Shown: positions 49,680 through 58,074, numbered from the stretch's first letter. The stretch is DNA of 64,000 nt from Candidatus Acidiferrales bacterium (GCA_035631715.1 DASQIF010000042.1:1582-65581); one strand, 5' to 3'. A program made the numbers and translations. Notes: generated by a model not told the origin, from the letters alone.

Positions 49680-50570
49680 TCAGTTCAGGCCGAGGACGCG
49701 CGAGGGATTGTCGCGGACCATCTTTCGCAGATCGCGTTCGCTCACCCCGAGGTCGTTCAGCTCGCCGAGCAGCTTCTTGAACGACTCGACCGGGAGCGGG
49801 TTGTTCACCTGACCGAGATCGCTCCCGATGCTCGTGCGGTCCGCGCCGACGAGGTCGATCCAGCCCTTCAGCTTCGCCGCATCCCAGTGATAGAACTCCG
49901 ACGCCTCGTCGTACATGCAGCACTCGTGCTCGATGAGCGCGCCGGTGTCCGCGAACTTCACGACCTGCTCGCGCGTCGCCTCGATGACGTACTCGGGGTG
50001 GTTCACCACCATGCGCTTCACGCCGGTGTCGCGCGCCGCCTCGAGCAGGATCTGGATGCGGTCCGGCGCCTGGTGTCCCGCGGCCACGACCGCGTCGGCG
50101 TCGGCGATCATCTTGAGGATCACCGGGACCTCCGGCCGGAGCGATCCCTGCTCGTCGAGGATGTCGACGATGTCTGGCTTGCGCAGCGGGACGCTCGGCT
50201 TCGGGAACTTCAGATCGGGATGCGCGGCCTGGTGCTCCTGATGGCGGCGCGCGGAGATCGTCGGGAACCACACGATCTTTGCGCCCATCTTGAGCGCGAG
50301 GTCGACCGCCGAGGGATTCAGGCCGCCGACCATCGAGTTGAGCGCGATCGATCCGAACACCTTCGTCTTGATGCCGTCGAAGTACGGCGCCATCGCGCGC
50401 ACGTCCATCACCGTGGGGTGGTGGTGCGACTTCACGACGATCGCGCGCATCCCCTCCTTGTCCGCCATGCGCGCCGCCTCGACGTGGTCCATGCGGCGCG
50501 GGAACGGCGAGGGACCCGAATGACAGTGCAGGTCGACCGCGCCCTCGAGGATGCGATCGATCGTGCTCAT
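49680..50570 (-). CDS. Amidohydro_2 (PF04909-like) TIM-barrel metal-dependent hydrolase/decarboxylase-family protein
   Basis: It has the N-terminal motif VDLHCH and a C-terminal PSRVLGLN typical of amidohydrolase-2. An ATGA overlap joins it to the upstream gene. Confidence 0.7.
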   Translation of the reverse strand: MSTIDRILEGAVDLHCHSGPSPFPRRMDHVEAARMADKEGMRAIVVKSHHHPTVMDVRAMAPYFDGIKTKVFGSIALNSMVGGLNPSAVDLALKMGAKIVWFPTISARRHQEHQAAHPDLKFPKPSVPLRKPDIVDILDEQGSLRPEVPVILKMIADADAVVAAGHQAPDRIQILLEAARDTGVKRMVVNHPEYVIEATREQVVKFADTGALIEHECCMYDEASEFYHWDAAKLKGWIDLVGADRTSIGSDLGQVNNPLPVESFKKLLGELNDLGVSERDLRKMVRDNPSRVLGLN

Positions 50571-51241
50571 GCAGGCACGGCGGCACCGACGCCGAGCGCG
50601 CGCGCGACATCGGCGATGGATGTCACGAGACCGTGGAAGCGGTCGGTGCTCGCGAGGACGGCGTCGTGCGCGGCCTGGTCGGTATCGGACACGACCTCGG
50701 CCGGGACGAGCACGTCGTAATCGCGCATGTACGCGTCGCGGATGGTTGAGTCGATGCAGAACGAGGTCGTGGTCCCTGCGATGACCAGGACCTGGATGCC
50801 TTTCGCGCGCAGCTCCGTGTTCAGCGGGGTCTCGAAGAACGCGCTCGCGCGGTGCTTGATGATGACGTCGTCCTCGGGCCGCATCACGGCCTTGATCTCG
50901 TCGAGCAGCTCGGTGCCCCACGTGCCGCGGTAGCAGAGCTCGAGCTTCACGCCGCGGCGGTCGAGGTGCGAGGGGATGCGGCGGCGCTTACGCGCCTGAT
51001 CGTCCGGGTAATGGACCTGACGTGTATAGGTGACACGCGCGCCGGCCGCGCGTGCGATTCGGATCATCTCCACCACGGCGGGGATCGACGCTCGCGGCAT
51101 GGCGATGGCGTCGACGCCGAAGGCCTTCGCGCGCGCACCCTCCGGATGGCAAAAGTCGTTCTGCATGTCGACCACCAGGAGCATGACCTCCTTAGGGTCG
51201 AGCTTGGGCAATTCGAGCTTGCGCACCTTGTCCTCAGGCAT
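50567..51241 (-). CDS. Isochorismatase/cysteine-hydrolase-family protein (N-carbamoylsarcosine amidase / maleamate amidohydrolase-like)
   Basis: It has the family motif MLLVVDMQNDFC and a catalytic Cys (TTSFCIDST). Confidence 0.8.
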   Translation of the reverse strand: MPEDKVRKLELPKLDPKEVMLLVVDMQNDFCHPEGARAKAFGVDAIAMPRASIPAVVEMIRIARAAGARVTYTRQVHYPDDQARKRRRIPSHLDRRGVKLELCYRGTWGTELLDEIKAVMRPEDDVIIKHRASAFFETPLNTELRAKGIQVLVIAGTTTSFCIDSTIRDAYMRDYDVLVPAEVVSDTDQAAHDAVLASTDRFHGLVTSIADVARALGVGAAVPA

Positions 51242-51310
51242 CCCCGGCTCCTTCCGCCCGTTCGCTGCACGCTATTTTGCGTCCTGCTCGCGTAGCGAGA
51301 TAGATGTCCA

Positions 51311-53347
51311 TCATGCGGTATGCGGCGCGACACCGTGCGCGCGCGCGATCGCGTCCGCGGTGCGGTAGGCGAGCGCCCAGATCGTTCCGGTGGGGTTGAC
51401 CCCGGCCGACGTCACGAACGTTCCGCTGCCAGCGAGGTAGAGGTTCGGCACGTCGTGCGCCCGGCCGTCCGGGTCGGTCACGCTCTTCGCGGGATCGGTG
51501 CCCATGCGGACGGTCCCCATGTGGTGTCCGGCGTACATCCCGGCCGGCACGGCGGAGCGCTGCGTGAGCACCTCGCGCGCACCCGCTTCGCGAACGACCG
51601 CTGCGACGCGCTCGGCCATGAACGCTTCCATCTCGAGCGTGTTGCGGTGATAGCGGTAGTGGATGCGCAGCCCGGGTCCGCCGTCAGCGAGGCGCAGCGT
51701 GGGATCGAGCTCCACCCGGTTCTCCTCCATCGGGAGGTCCTCGCACAGGGCATACGCGCCGAGGTGGCGGGCATAGGCGCGCGCCAGGAAGTCACGGAAC
51801 TCCGCGCCCCACGGCGGCACCCCGCTCGGCAACGGCGCGGTGAGCCCGGCCGCGTTCGCGAACGCGAGCGGACCGCCGGCGAACACCAGCGGGATCCCGC
51901 CGAGGATCGCGGCGCCGCGCACGAACGAGGCGCCGTGGCGCTCGCGCGGGCGATCCTCGTCGAGGTCGTCGAAGGCGGCGGCGGTCTGCGGGCCGCGGTC
52001 GGCGTAGAGCAACTCCTCGAACGTGCCCCAGGCCATCACGTTGGTGTGGAACATGAGGTTGCGGCCCACCAGGCCGGACGAGTTGGCGAGCCCGCGCGGA
52101 TGCGCGCGCGACGTCGACAGGAGCAGCATGCGCGCCTGGTACGCCGCACCGTTCGCGAGGACGACCGTGCGTGCGGTGACGTCGCGGCGGCCGCGCGCGT
52201 CGCGATAGCGGACGCCGGTCGCCAGGCCGCTGCGCGGATCGGTAAGCACGCGCTCGACCCGCGCGCCGGCGCGGATGTCGATGCGACCGCTCCGTGCAGC
52301 GCGTGCGAGCACGCTGTCGCGGGTGTTCCCCTTCGCGAGGCGGAAGCACTCGTAGTGCGAGCAGTGACCGCACAGATCACAGGCGCGCCGGTCGCCGCGA
52401 TCCGCCGTCAGCACCGCGGCCGGTGTGGCGTACGGCGCGTATCCGAGGCGGCGCGCGGCGTCGGCAAATCGGGACGCCGCGCGCGTGAACGGCACGGCCG
52501 GAAGCGGGAACGGCGCGCTGCGGCGTCCCTCGAACGGATTCGCACCGGCGACGCCGGCGACGCCGATCGCGCGGTCCGCACGCGCGTAGTACGGCTCGAG
52601 GTCCTCATAGCCGATCGGCCAATCGGCGACGCTCGTGCCGGACACGTGACCCGACGTCGACCGCACGCGGAAGTCCGACGGGTGGAAGCGGTACGTGATC
52701 GTCGTCCAGTGCAGCGGGCCGCCGACGCCGATGTTGCGCGCGAGGTACGAGCCGCGCATGACCAGCCCGTCGTTGACCACGAGGTTCTCGGGCTCGTTCC
52801 AGAAGAGCGCGCGCCGCACCTGGAACTCGCGCTCGTCGGTGCTCGCGCGACCGGCGGCCGGTCCAGCCTCGACGGCGATGACGCGCAGCCCGGCCTCGGC
52901 GAGCTCGGCCGCGATGACGCCGCCAGCCGCGCCGAGACCGACGACGATCACGTCGGCGTCGTCGCCGCCGCGACGCGTCTTGATCTTGGGCGGCACCCAC
53001 GTATGCAGCGCACCGGCGGTGGCCGCGACCGGCCGCGCCTCGGCCGCCTCGCGCGTCGTGAAGCCGCGCGGCTGCGGATCACCGACCGCGCCGAGCAGCC
53101 GCCAGCCCCACATCCCGCGGTTGCCGCCGTAGCGCGGATGCGCGAACGCGGCCTCGAGCGCGACGAGACGGAGCGCGAAGAACGCCGACGGTGATTCCTG
53201 TCGAAGCGCGTCGAGCGAAATGGTGCGAAGGATGCCGACCGTGCGACGCAGCGCGGCGCGCTCTGCGGGCGTCGCGTCCGTGAGCCAGCGCGCGGCGTAC
53301 GACGCCGCGCCCGCATCGGCGACACCGGGGACGATCTGATCGAGCAC
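51311..53347 (-). CDS. GMC-family FAD oxidoreductase with an N-terminal gluconate-2-dehydrogenase subunit-3-like domain (fusion)
   Basis: The N-terminal ~90 aa end in HPRYGGNRGMWGW (gluconate 2-DH subunit-3-like). An FAD GxGxxG follows (IVVGLGAAGGVIAAELAEAG), with GMC C-terminal motifs (GTVRMG, TFVTSAGVNPT). It starts with GTG. Confidence 0.75.
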   Translation of the reverse strand: MLDQIVPGVADAGAASYAARWLTDATPAERAALRRTVGILRTISLDALRQESPSAFFALRLVALEAAFAHPRYGGNRGMWGWRLLGAVGDPQPRGFTTREAAEARPVAATAGALHTWVPPKIKTRRGGDDADVIVVGLGAAGGVIAAELAEAGLRVIAVEAGPAAGRASTDEREFQVRRALFWNEPENLVVNDGLVMRGSYLARNIGVGGPLHWTTITYRFHPSDFRVRSTSGHVSGTSVADWPIGYEDLEPYYARADRAIGVAGVAGANPFEGRRSAPFPLPAVPFTRAASRFADAARRLGYAPYATPAAVLTADRGDRRACDLCGHCSHYECFRLAKGNTRDSVLARAARSGRIDIRAGARVERVLTDPRSGLATGVRYRDARGRRDVTARTVVLANGAAYQARMLLLSTSRAHPRGLANSSGLVGRNLMFHTNVMAWGTFEELLYADRGPQTAAAFDDLDEDRPRERHGASFVRGAAILGGIPLVFAGGPLAFANAAGLTAPLPSGVPPWGAEFRDFLARAYARHLGAYALCEDLPMEENRVELDPTLRLADGGPGLRIHYRYHRNTLEMEAFMAERVAAVVREAGAREVLTQRSAVPAGMYAGHHMGTVRMGTDPAKSVTDPDGRAHDVPNLYLAGSGTFVTSAGVNPTGTIWALAYRTADAIARAHGVAPHTA

Positions 53348-53388
53348 CGCGACGAGACGGCGGACGAAGGGGTCCGCCGGGCGCGTGC

Positions 53389-54813
53389 TCAGCCGCGGTC
53401 CAGCAACAGCGACATGCCGTCCACCATGTTCGTCATCTTGCCGAGGAACAGGCTGCCCTTCGCGATAAACAGCGCGTTGCGGAGCGAGCCATCGCGGAGC
53501 TTCGGCAGCGCGTGCGCGAGGTATGGGAGCGCGGCGGGGATGTGCCCCTGCGTCGGGACGAAACCCGGCATGCCGTGCACGCGCTCGAAACCGTCGACCT
53601 CTTCGCGCTTCATCTCGCCGCGCTGCACGCCGAGCGCGGCGATGATGCGGTAGTTCGTGCGCGGGACATTGCCGCTCCCCGCGGGCACGGTGATCTCGGG
53701 GTTGTGCAGCTCGACCGCGTACTTGTCGACGTCGGGGATGCGCAGGCCGAGATGACCGAGAGGCTCAGACACGAGCGCCTCGTAGATGGCGCCAGCGGAA
53801 CCGCCCGACGCGACGGTGTGCTTTCCCACCGCGTCGAGGCGCATGCGGACGCCGCTGCCGTCCGCGGGGCCGACGAGGATCGCCACGGACGCGAGGCAGT
53901 CCTCGAGCAGCGGCATGTCCTTCTGCATGTGGCCCAGCATCTTCATGCCGAGCTTCGCGAGCGATCCACCGCCGACGACGATCACGTTCTTGTACACGCC
54001 GCCCTGCACCAGCGCGCCCGCGAGCACGAGCGCGTGCACCGGCGCGCAGCAGAACGCCTTCACGTCCGAGCCGGTCGCCTGCGTGCAGCCGGCCATCTCG
54101 GCCATGGCCTTCGAGATGCTCCCGCCGCCGCGCTGGTAGCGGTCGCCGACCGCCTCCTCGCCGCAGCCGAGCAGGTACTCGACCTCGCCCGGCTCCATCT
54201 TCATCTGCGCGAGCAGCTCCTTCAGCGCGAGCGCGCCGGAGGCCTTGCACGCGAGGTTCTCGATGAGGATGTCCGCGGTCTGGCTCGAGTCTCCGGGATA
54301 GCCGTTCGCGATGCGGCCGACCTCGGATCCGTCCGCGGCGTTCAGTGAGATCGATCCGTCACTCGAGGCCGGCGGCTTCGCCGCCTTCACCGCGCGCTCG
54401 AGCTCGGCGTCGGCGAACAGGCCGGTGGCGCGGAGCAGATCGCGCGAGCGTTCGAGGCGCGACTTGTCGATGTCGAGGATGCCGAAGTCGTCGGCCATCT
54501 GGAGCAGACCCCAGAAGTGGTCCTCACCCACGATGCGACCCGCGGGTCCGGTCGCGCGCGCCCCCTCGTCACCGTGGCGCCACCACGGCTCGGGCACGCT
54601 CCAGAGCCACTCCGGGCCGTGATTGCCGATGAAGACCTGGTTCGGACCGTACGCGACCGCGTCGTCGAACGAGCGCAGGTGCGGTCGCATCTTGTCGAAG
54701 AGGCCGGGCTCGCGCGCGAGCTCGCGCGTCGGCTTCGAGCCATAGCGAAGAAGACCCGGGGTGTGGGAGATCACGCATGCGATGCCGCGGATGGTGGGGA
54801 ACGTCTCAGTCAT
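53389..54813 (-). CDS. grdC: Glycine/sarcosine/betaine reductase complex component C beta-subunit-like protein (GrdC-like)
   Basis: The N-terminus (GIACVISHTPGLLRYG...LRSFDDAVAYGPNQVFIG) matches my recollection of GrdC. Its start overlaps the grdA stop as ATGA. The assignment is from memory. Confidence 0.6.
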   Translation of the reverse strand: MTETFPTIRGIACVISHTPGLLRYGSKPTRELAREPGLFDKMRPHLRSFDDAVAYGPNQVFIGNHGPEWLWSVPEPWWRHGDEGARATGPAGRIVGEDHFWGLLQMADDFGILDIDKSRLERSRDLLRATGLFADAELERAVKAAKPPASSDGSISLNAADGSEVGRIANGYPGDSSQTADILIENLACKASGALALKELLAQMKMEPGEVEYLLGCGEEAVGDRYQRGGGSISKAMAEMAGCTQATGSDVKAFCCAPVHALVLAGALVQGGVYKNVIVVGGGSLAKLGMKMLGHMQKDMPLLEDCLASVAILVGPADGSGVRMRLDAVGKHTVASGGSAGAIYEALVSEPLGHLGLRIPDVDKYAVELHNPEITVPAGSGNVPRTNYRIIAALGVQRGEMKREEVDGFERVHGMPGFVPTQGHIPAALPYLAHALPKLRDGSLRNALFIAKGSLFLGKMTNMVDGMSLLLDRG

Positions 54814-55277
54814 GACCCGAGGGTACGCTCGCGCACTTTGCGGATGCTCTGCCAGATGTCGTCGGTCTGCATGGCGACCTCAGAGAGACCGATCTGGTCC
54901 TGGTAAATGGACGCGTCGGCCTTCTCCCGAACCTCTGGTTCGGTCACGTGATAGACGGGGAGTCCCAACGAGACTCCGGCCAGCGGACCTGTGTATGTCG
55001 GATCGCCTGCGGTGACCGTCTCAGCCATCATCTCGACGTACGCGGGCTCGGCCGCTCCGAGGATCACTACCAGCCCGTCCTTGCCCTGCGTGTCGTAGAT
55101 GCGCTTGATCTCGGTCTGCTCATCCAGGTCCGAGGCACCGGCGCTCGTTCAGACGAAGCACTGATTCAGCTCGAGCAGCACTTCGGCGCCGGCGCTCCGC
55201 GCCACCGCCGCGATCGCTGTCGCCTGCACTCCGTCACGCTCGCCGATCGCGATGACCTTCTTGCCTTGAAGATCCAA
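54810..55277 (-). CDS. grdA: Glycine/sarcosine/betaine reductase selenoprotein A (GrdA) with in-frame UGA-selenocysteine at 55149..55151
   Basis: A TTG start is preceded by a strong GGAGGGAGGTGA SD. Reading through the in-frame TGA gives MDLQGKKVIAIGERDG...NQCFV-U-TSAGASDLDEQ...AETVTAGDPTYTGPLAGV, which is collinear with the GrdA consensus including the CFVUT motif. The ORF table lists only the 85-aa C-terminal part. Confidence 0.8.
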
Positions 55278-55355
55278 TCGTTCACCTCCCTCCGACTTTC
55301 TTCTCATCGAGTATCGCATTGCGAGGTGCCGTCACGCTAGACGAGACGGCGCATG

Positions 55356-56660
55356 TCAGGACTCGACCGACCCCGAACGGCCGAAGCCGATGGGATTCGC
55401 GGCGCCGGCGTAGAAGGTGCGCCGCTCGAGGGTGATGGCGGTGTCGATCGGGTACGGCACGCCCCCGATCTCCGGACGCACGCGGATGGCCTGATCCCCA
55501 GCCACGCGATCCATCTTCGGGAGCGCCAGCGGCTCGTCGAGGTTCCCCGTGCTCACGATGGCCACCGCCTCAGGCACCGCGAACGGCAACGGGTAGTCCG
55601 AGCCGTCCGGCCCGGCGTGCTCCCACGTGATGAGCACGGTCTTGATGCCACGTCGCTCGCATTCCTGTATCGCCAACATCACCTCGGTGACGTTATTCCC
55701 GGCACCGCCCAGTGTGAACACGACGCCGTTCGCGCCGAGCAGCGTCGCGCTCTCCGCGATGCGCAGGCCGACGCGCTGCTTGTCCTCGTAGAGATAGAAG
55801 TGACCGCGGTGCAGCACGATGCCCGCGAAGTCCCAGCGCTTCCCGTGGGCGGCGACGAGGTGCTCGACGACGGCGTTGTTCTGATGCATCCAGGTGTGGA
55901 GCTTCACGCCGTGGCCGCCCAGGCCGCCCGCGGTGAGCGCCCCGTCGGCGAGCTCGTTCGGATGCACGAGCGTGGGCTGGAGCTCGTCGAGCACGCGTCC
56001 GTACAGACGGCTGCGCATGAACACGCCCTGCGACTGCACCTGATACGCGTAGACGATGCGGGGCAGCGCGGCCGCGGGGCGCGAGAGGTCGCGGTGCTCG
56101 ACCGACGACGGCGCGGCGTCGCGCGCGGTGAGCGCGAGCGCGCGCGCGACCTTCTCGCCGGCGAGGAGCAGGCCGCGCTCGTACCCCTCGTGGTCGACGC
56201 CGTCCTTGAACGTGAACCGGAGCACGACGAGATGCAGGTTGGCGTACGGCTGCAGGTCCGCCCCCGGCCCGGCCATGTCGAGCACGCTGTCGTGCGGAAC
56301 GAAGAGACCTTTCGCGCCGAGCCAGGGAACAGGTCCCGACGTGACGACGGCGACGCCGCGGAGGCGATCGGTGCGGCCGGAGCCGACGGGCTCGACCGCC
56401 GAAAGCAGACCGGGGAACACACCGCCGGTGCCGCCGGACTTCGCGCGTGGCTCGATGACGTCGGTGATCTGCGGGATGCGCACGCTCTCGTGCGGGCGCA
56501 CGAGCATGACCTCGACGCCGGCGAACGCGGGATCCGAGGACGCGAGCGTCGCGATCTCGTCGCGCGCGATGGTCAGCTTGCCGCCGGCGAAGGCGGTGCG
56601 GTCGCCGAACGCGACGTCCGCGACGTCGAAGGTGCCTAGCTCGAGCGTCTTCGCGCTCAT
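55356..56660 (-). CDS. grdE: Glycine/sarcosine/betaine reductase component B alpha/beta proprotein-like (GrdE-family)
   Basis: Its motifs resemble GrdE/PrdA (VEVMLVRPHESVRIPQITDVIEPR, YAYQVQSQGV, WMHQNNAV, IKTVLITWEHAGPDGS). Its start overlaps the grdB stop as ATGA. The assignment is from memory. Confidence 0.6.
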   Translation of the reverse strand: MSAKTLELGTFDVADVAFGDRTAFAGGKLTIARDEIATLASSDPAFAGVEVMLVRPHESVRIPQITDVIEPRAKSGGTGGVFPGLLSAVEPVGSGRTDRLRGVAVVTSGPVPWLGAKGLFVPHDSVLDMAGPGADLQPYANLHLVVLRFTFKDGVDHEGYERGLLLAGEKVARALALTARDAAPSSVEHRDLSRPAAALPRIVYAYQVQSQGVFMRSRLYGRVLDELQPTLVHPNELADGALTAGGLGGHGVKLHTWMHQNNAVVEHLVAAHGKRWDFAGIVLHRGHFYLYEDKQRVGLRIAESATLLGANGVVFTLGGAGNNVTEVMLAIQECERRGIKTVLITWEHAGPDGSDYPLPFAVPEAVAIVSTGNLDEPLALPKMDRVAGDQAIRVRPEIGGVPYPIDTAITLERRTFYAGAANPIGFGRSGSVES

Positions 56661-57970
56661 GACGCACCGCGGAAGAGGGTGGCCTTGTCGATCTTCTCGC
56701 CGAGCGCGCCGAGGGCCGCGCGCACCAGACCGATACGCAGCGCGTGGTCGCCGGCCGGCTCGAGCGTCGGATCGCCGCAGGGGTGCGGGATCTTCACGCC
56801 TCGGATGACGCGGTTCGCGCCGAGGTCCGCCGCGACCGGGCCGAGCGCGGTGATCATCGCGGTGGGCAGCCCGGCACGCTCGAGTTCCGCACTGATCGCT
56901 GCACCGCAGCGATTGCAGGTCCCTCAGGTCGCGGTGAGGATGACCCCGTTCACGCCGCGTTCCTTCAGCTGCGCGGCGATCTCGCGGCCCATGCGGCGCG
57001 CCTCCACCACCGCGGTGCCGACACCGGTCGTGACGATGTAGCGCTCGTCCAGATCGCCGAACGCGTGCGCGTGCTGCAGCTCGCGCACCGCGTCGAGGGG
57101 CATGACGTAGTTCGGATTGCTGTTCGCCGCGCTCGCGTCGTAGCCAGAGTGGATCGACTCATACTTCCCCGGCTCGAGCTGTTCGAGGCCGGCGATCGGG
57201 TACGCGCGCCACTCCGTGGAGTTCGACTGCTTCAGTCCGTCGGGATTGCCCTTGGGGACGATGCCGCCGGTCGTGATGAGCGCGATCCGGGCCGACGCGA
57301 CGTCGGCCAGAGGCGCCGCCGGCGCGACGTGCTCGACCGCTGGGAGCGTGAGCTCGGTCGCGAACTTCTGCCCGGCCATCCGCGCCACGAGCATGTCGAG
57401 CGCGCGCTCCGCGGCCGGACGGTCGAGGATGGCGGTTCGGTGCACGCCCTTGCCGTAATAGCCCTCCACCGCGGCCGCGCCGATGACCTCATGGCGGCCG
57501 AGCCGGATCGCGAACCGCGCGAGCCGTCCAAGGGTCTCGTTCATGCCGAGCGCCGTCGGCGTGGTGGGAAGGACGTAGGTCTTCGCGCGATACAGGTCGA
57601 CCCCCGGGTTCTCCGCGTTCATCGCGGTCACAGCCGGGATCCCGAGCGCCGCGGCGCGCGCGCAGGCCTCGCCACACGCGAGCCCGTAGCGGCCGGCGTT
57701 GAACGCCGGTCCCGCGACGAGGACGTCGGCGCGCTGCTCGCGCAGCGCGGCCGTCACCGCGGCGCCGAACGCCTCGAGGTCGGTGGCCGCGCGGTTGTCG
57801 CCGCAGATGAACGTCGCGACCACCTGGCCGGCGTCGCCGAGCTCCTTCTGCAGACCGATGCCGGGGCCGATCGGACCGCCGCGTACGGTGAAGGGGTGAT
57901 CCCCGGCCTCCTCCGCGCCGATCCGGCCGAAGAACTGATTGACGTAGTGGACGACGCGCAGGCTCGCCAT
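56657..57970 (-). CDS. grdB: Glycine/sarcosine/betaine reductase selenoprotein B (GrdB-family) with in-frame UGA-selenocysteine at 56924..56926
   Basis: Two table ORFs (56924..57970 and 56657..56857) are in the same frame and separated only by TGA. Readthrough gives a 437-aa protein collinear with GrdB (VVHYVNQFFG, GPAFNAGRYG, IPAVTAMNAENPGVD, VILTAT-U-GTCNRCGA, ANRVIRGVKIPHPCGDP). An AGGAGA SD lies upstream of the ATG. Confidence 0.85.
56892..56918 (-). promoter_or_regulatory. SECIS-like stem-loop immediately 3' of the grdB UGA (8-bp perfect stem AUCGCUGC/GCAGCGAU, GGU apical loop, plus a 3-bp lower stem)
   Basis: It is seen directly in the sequence. The mRNA reads UGA GGGAC CUGca AUCGCUGC GGU GCAGCGAU CAG. 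An apical loop with GGU 15-25 nt after UGA is characteristic of bacterial SECIS elements bound by SelB. Confidence 0.55.
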
Positions 57971-58074
57971 CGGGGAAAGGCTCTCCTCTTCGCGCTCCGA
58001 GGTGCCGTCTCACGATACGGGATGCGACCCTTCGACGCTGGACCAAACGCGCGGCGTGAAGGACCATCGCGGCG

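Noticed and set aside
56657-57970. Interpreting the two adjacent same-frame ORFs as a frameshifted or nonsense-disrupted grdB pseudogene
   Set aside because: The only interruption is a single TGA exactly at the known Sec position of GrdB. A SECIS-like hairpin follows it. A second UGA-containing gene (grdA) with the canonical CFVUT motif lies in the same operon.
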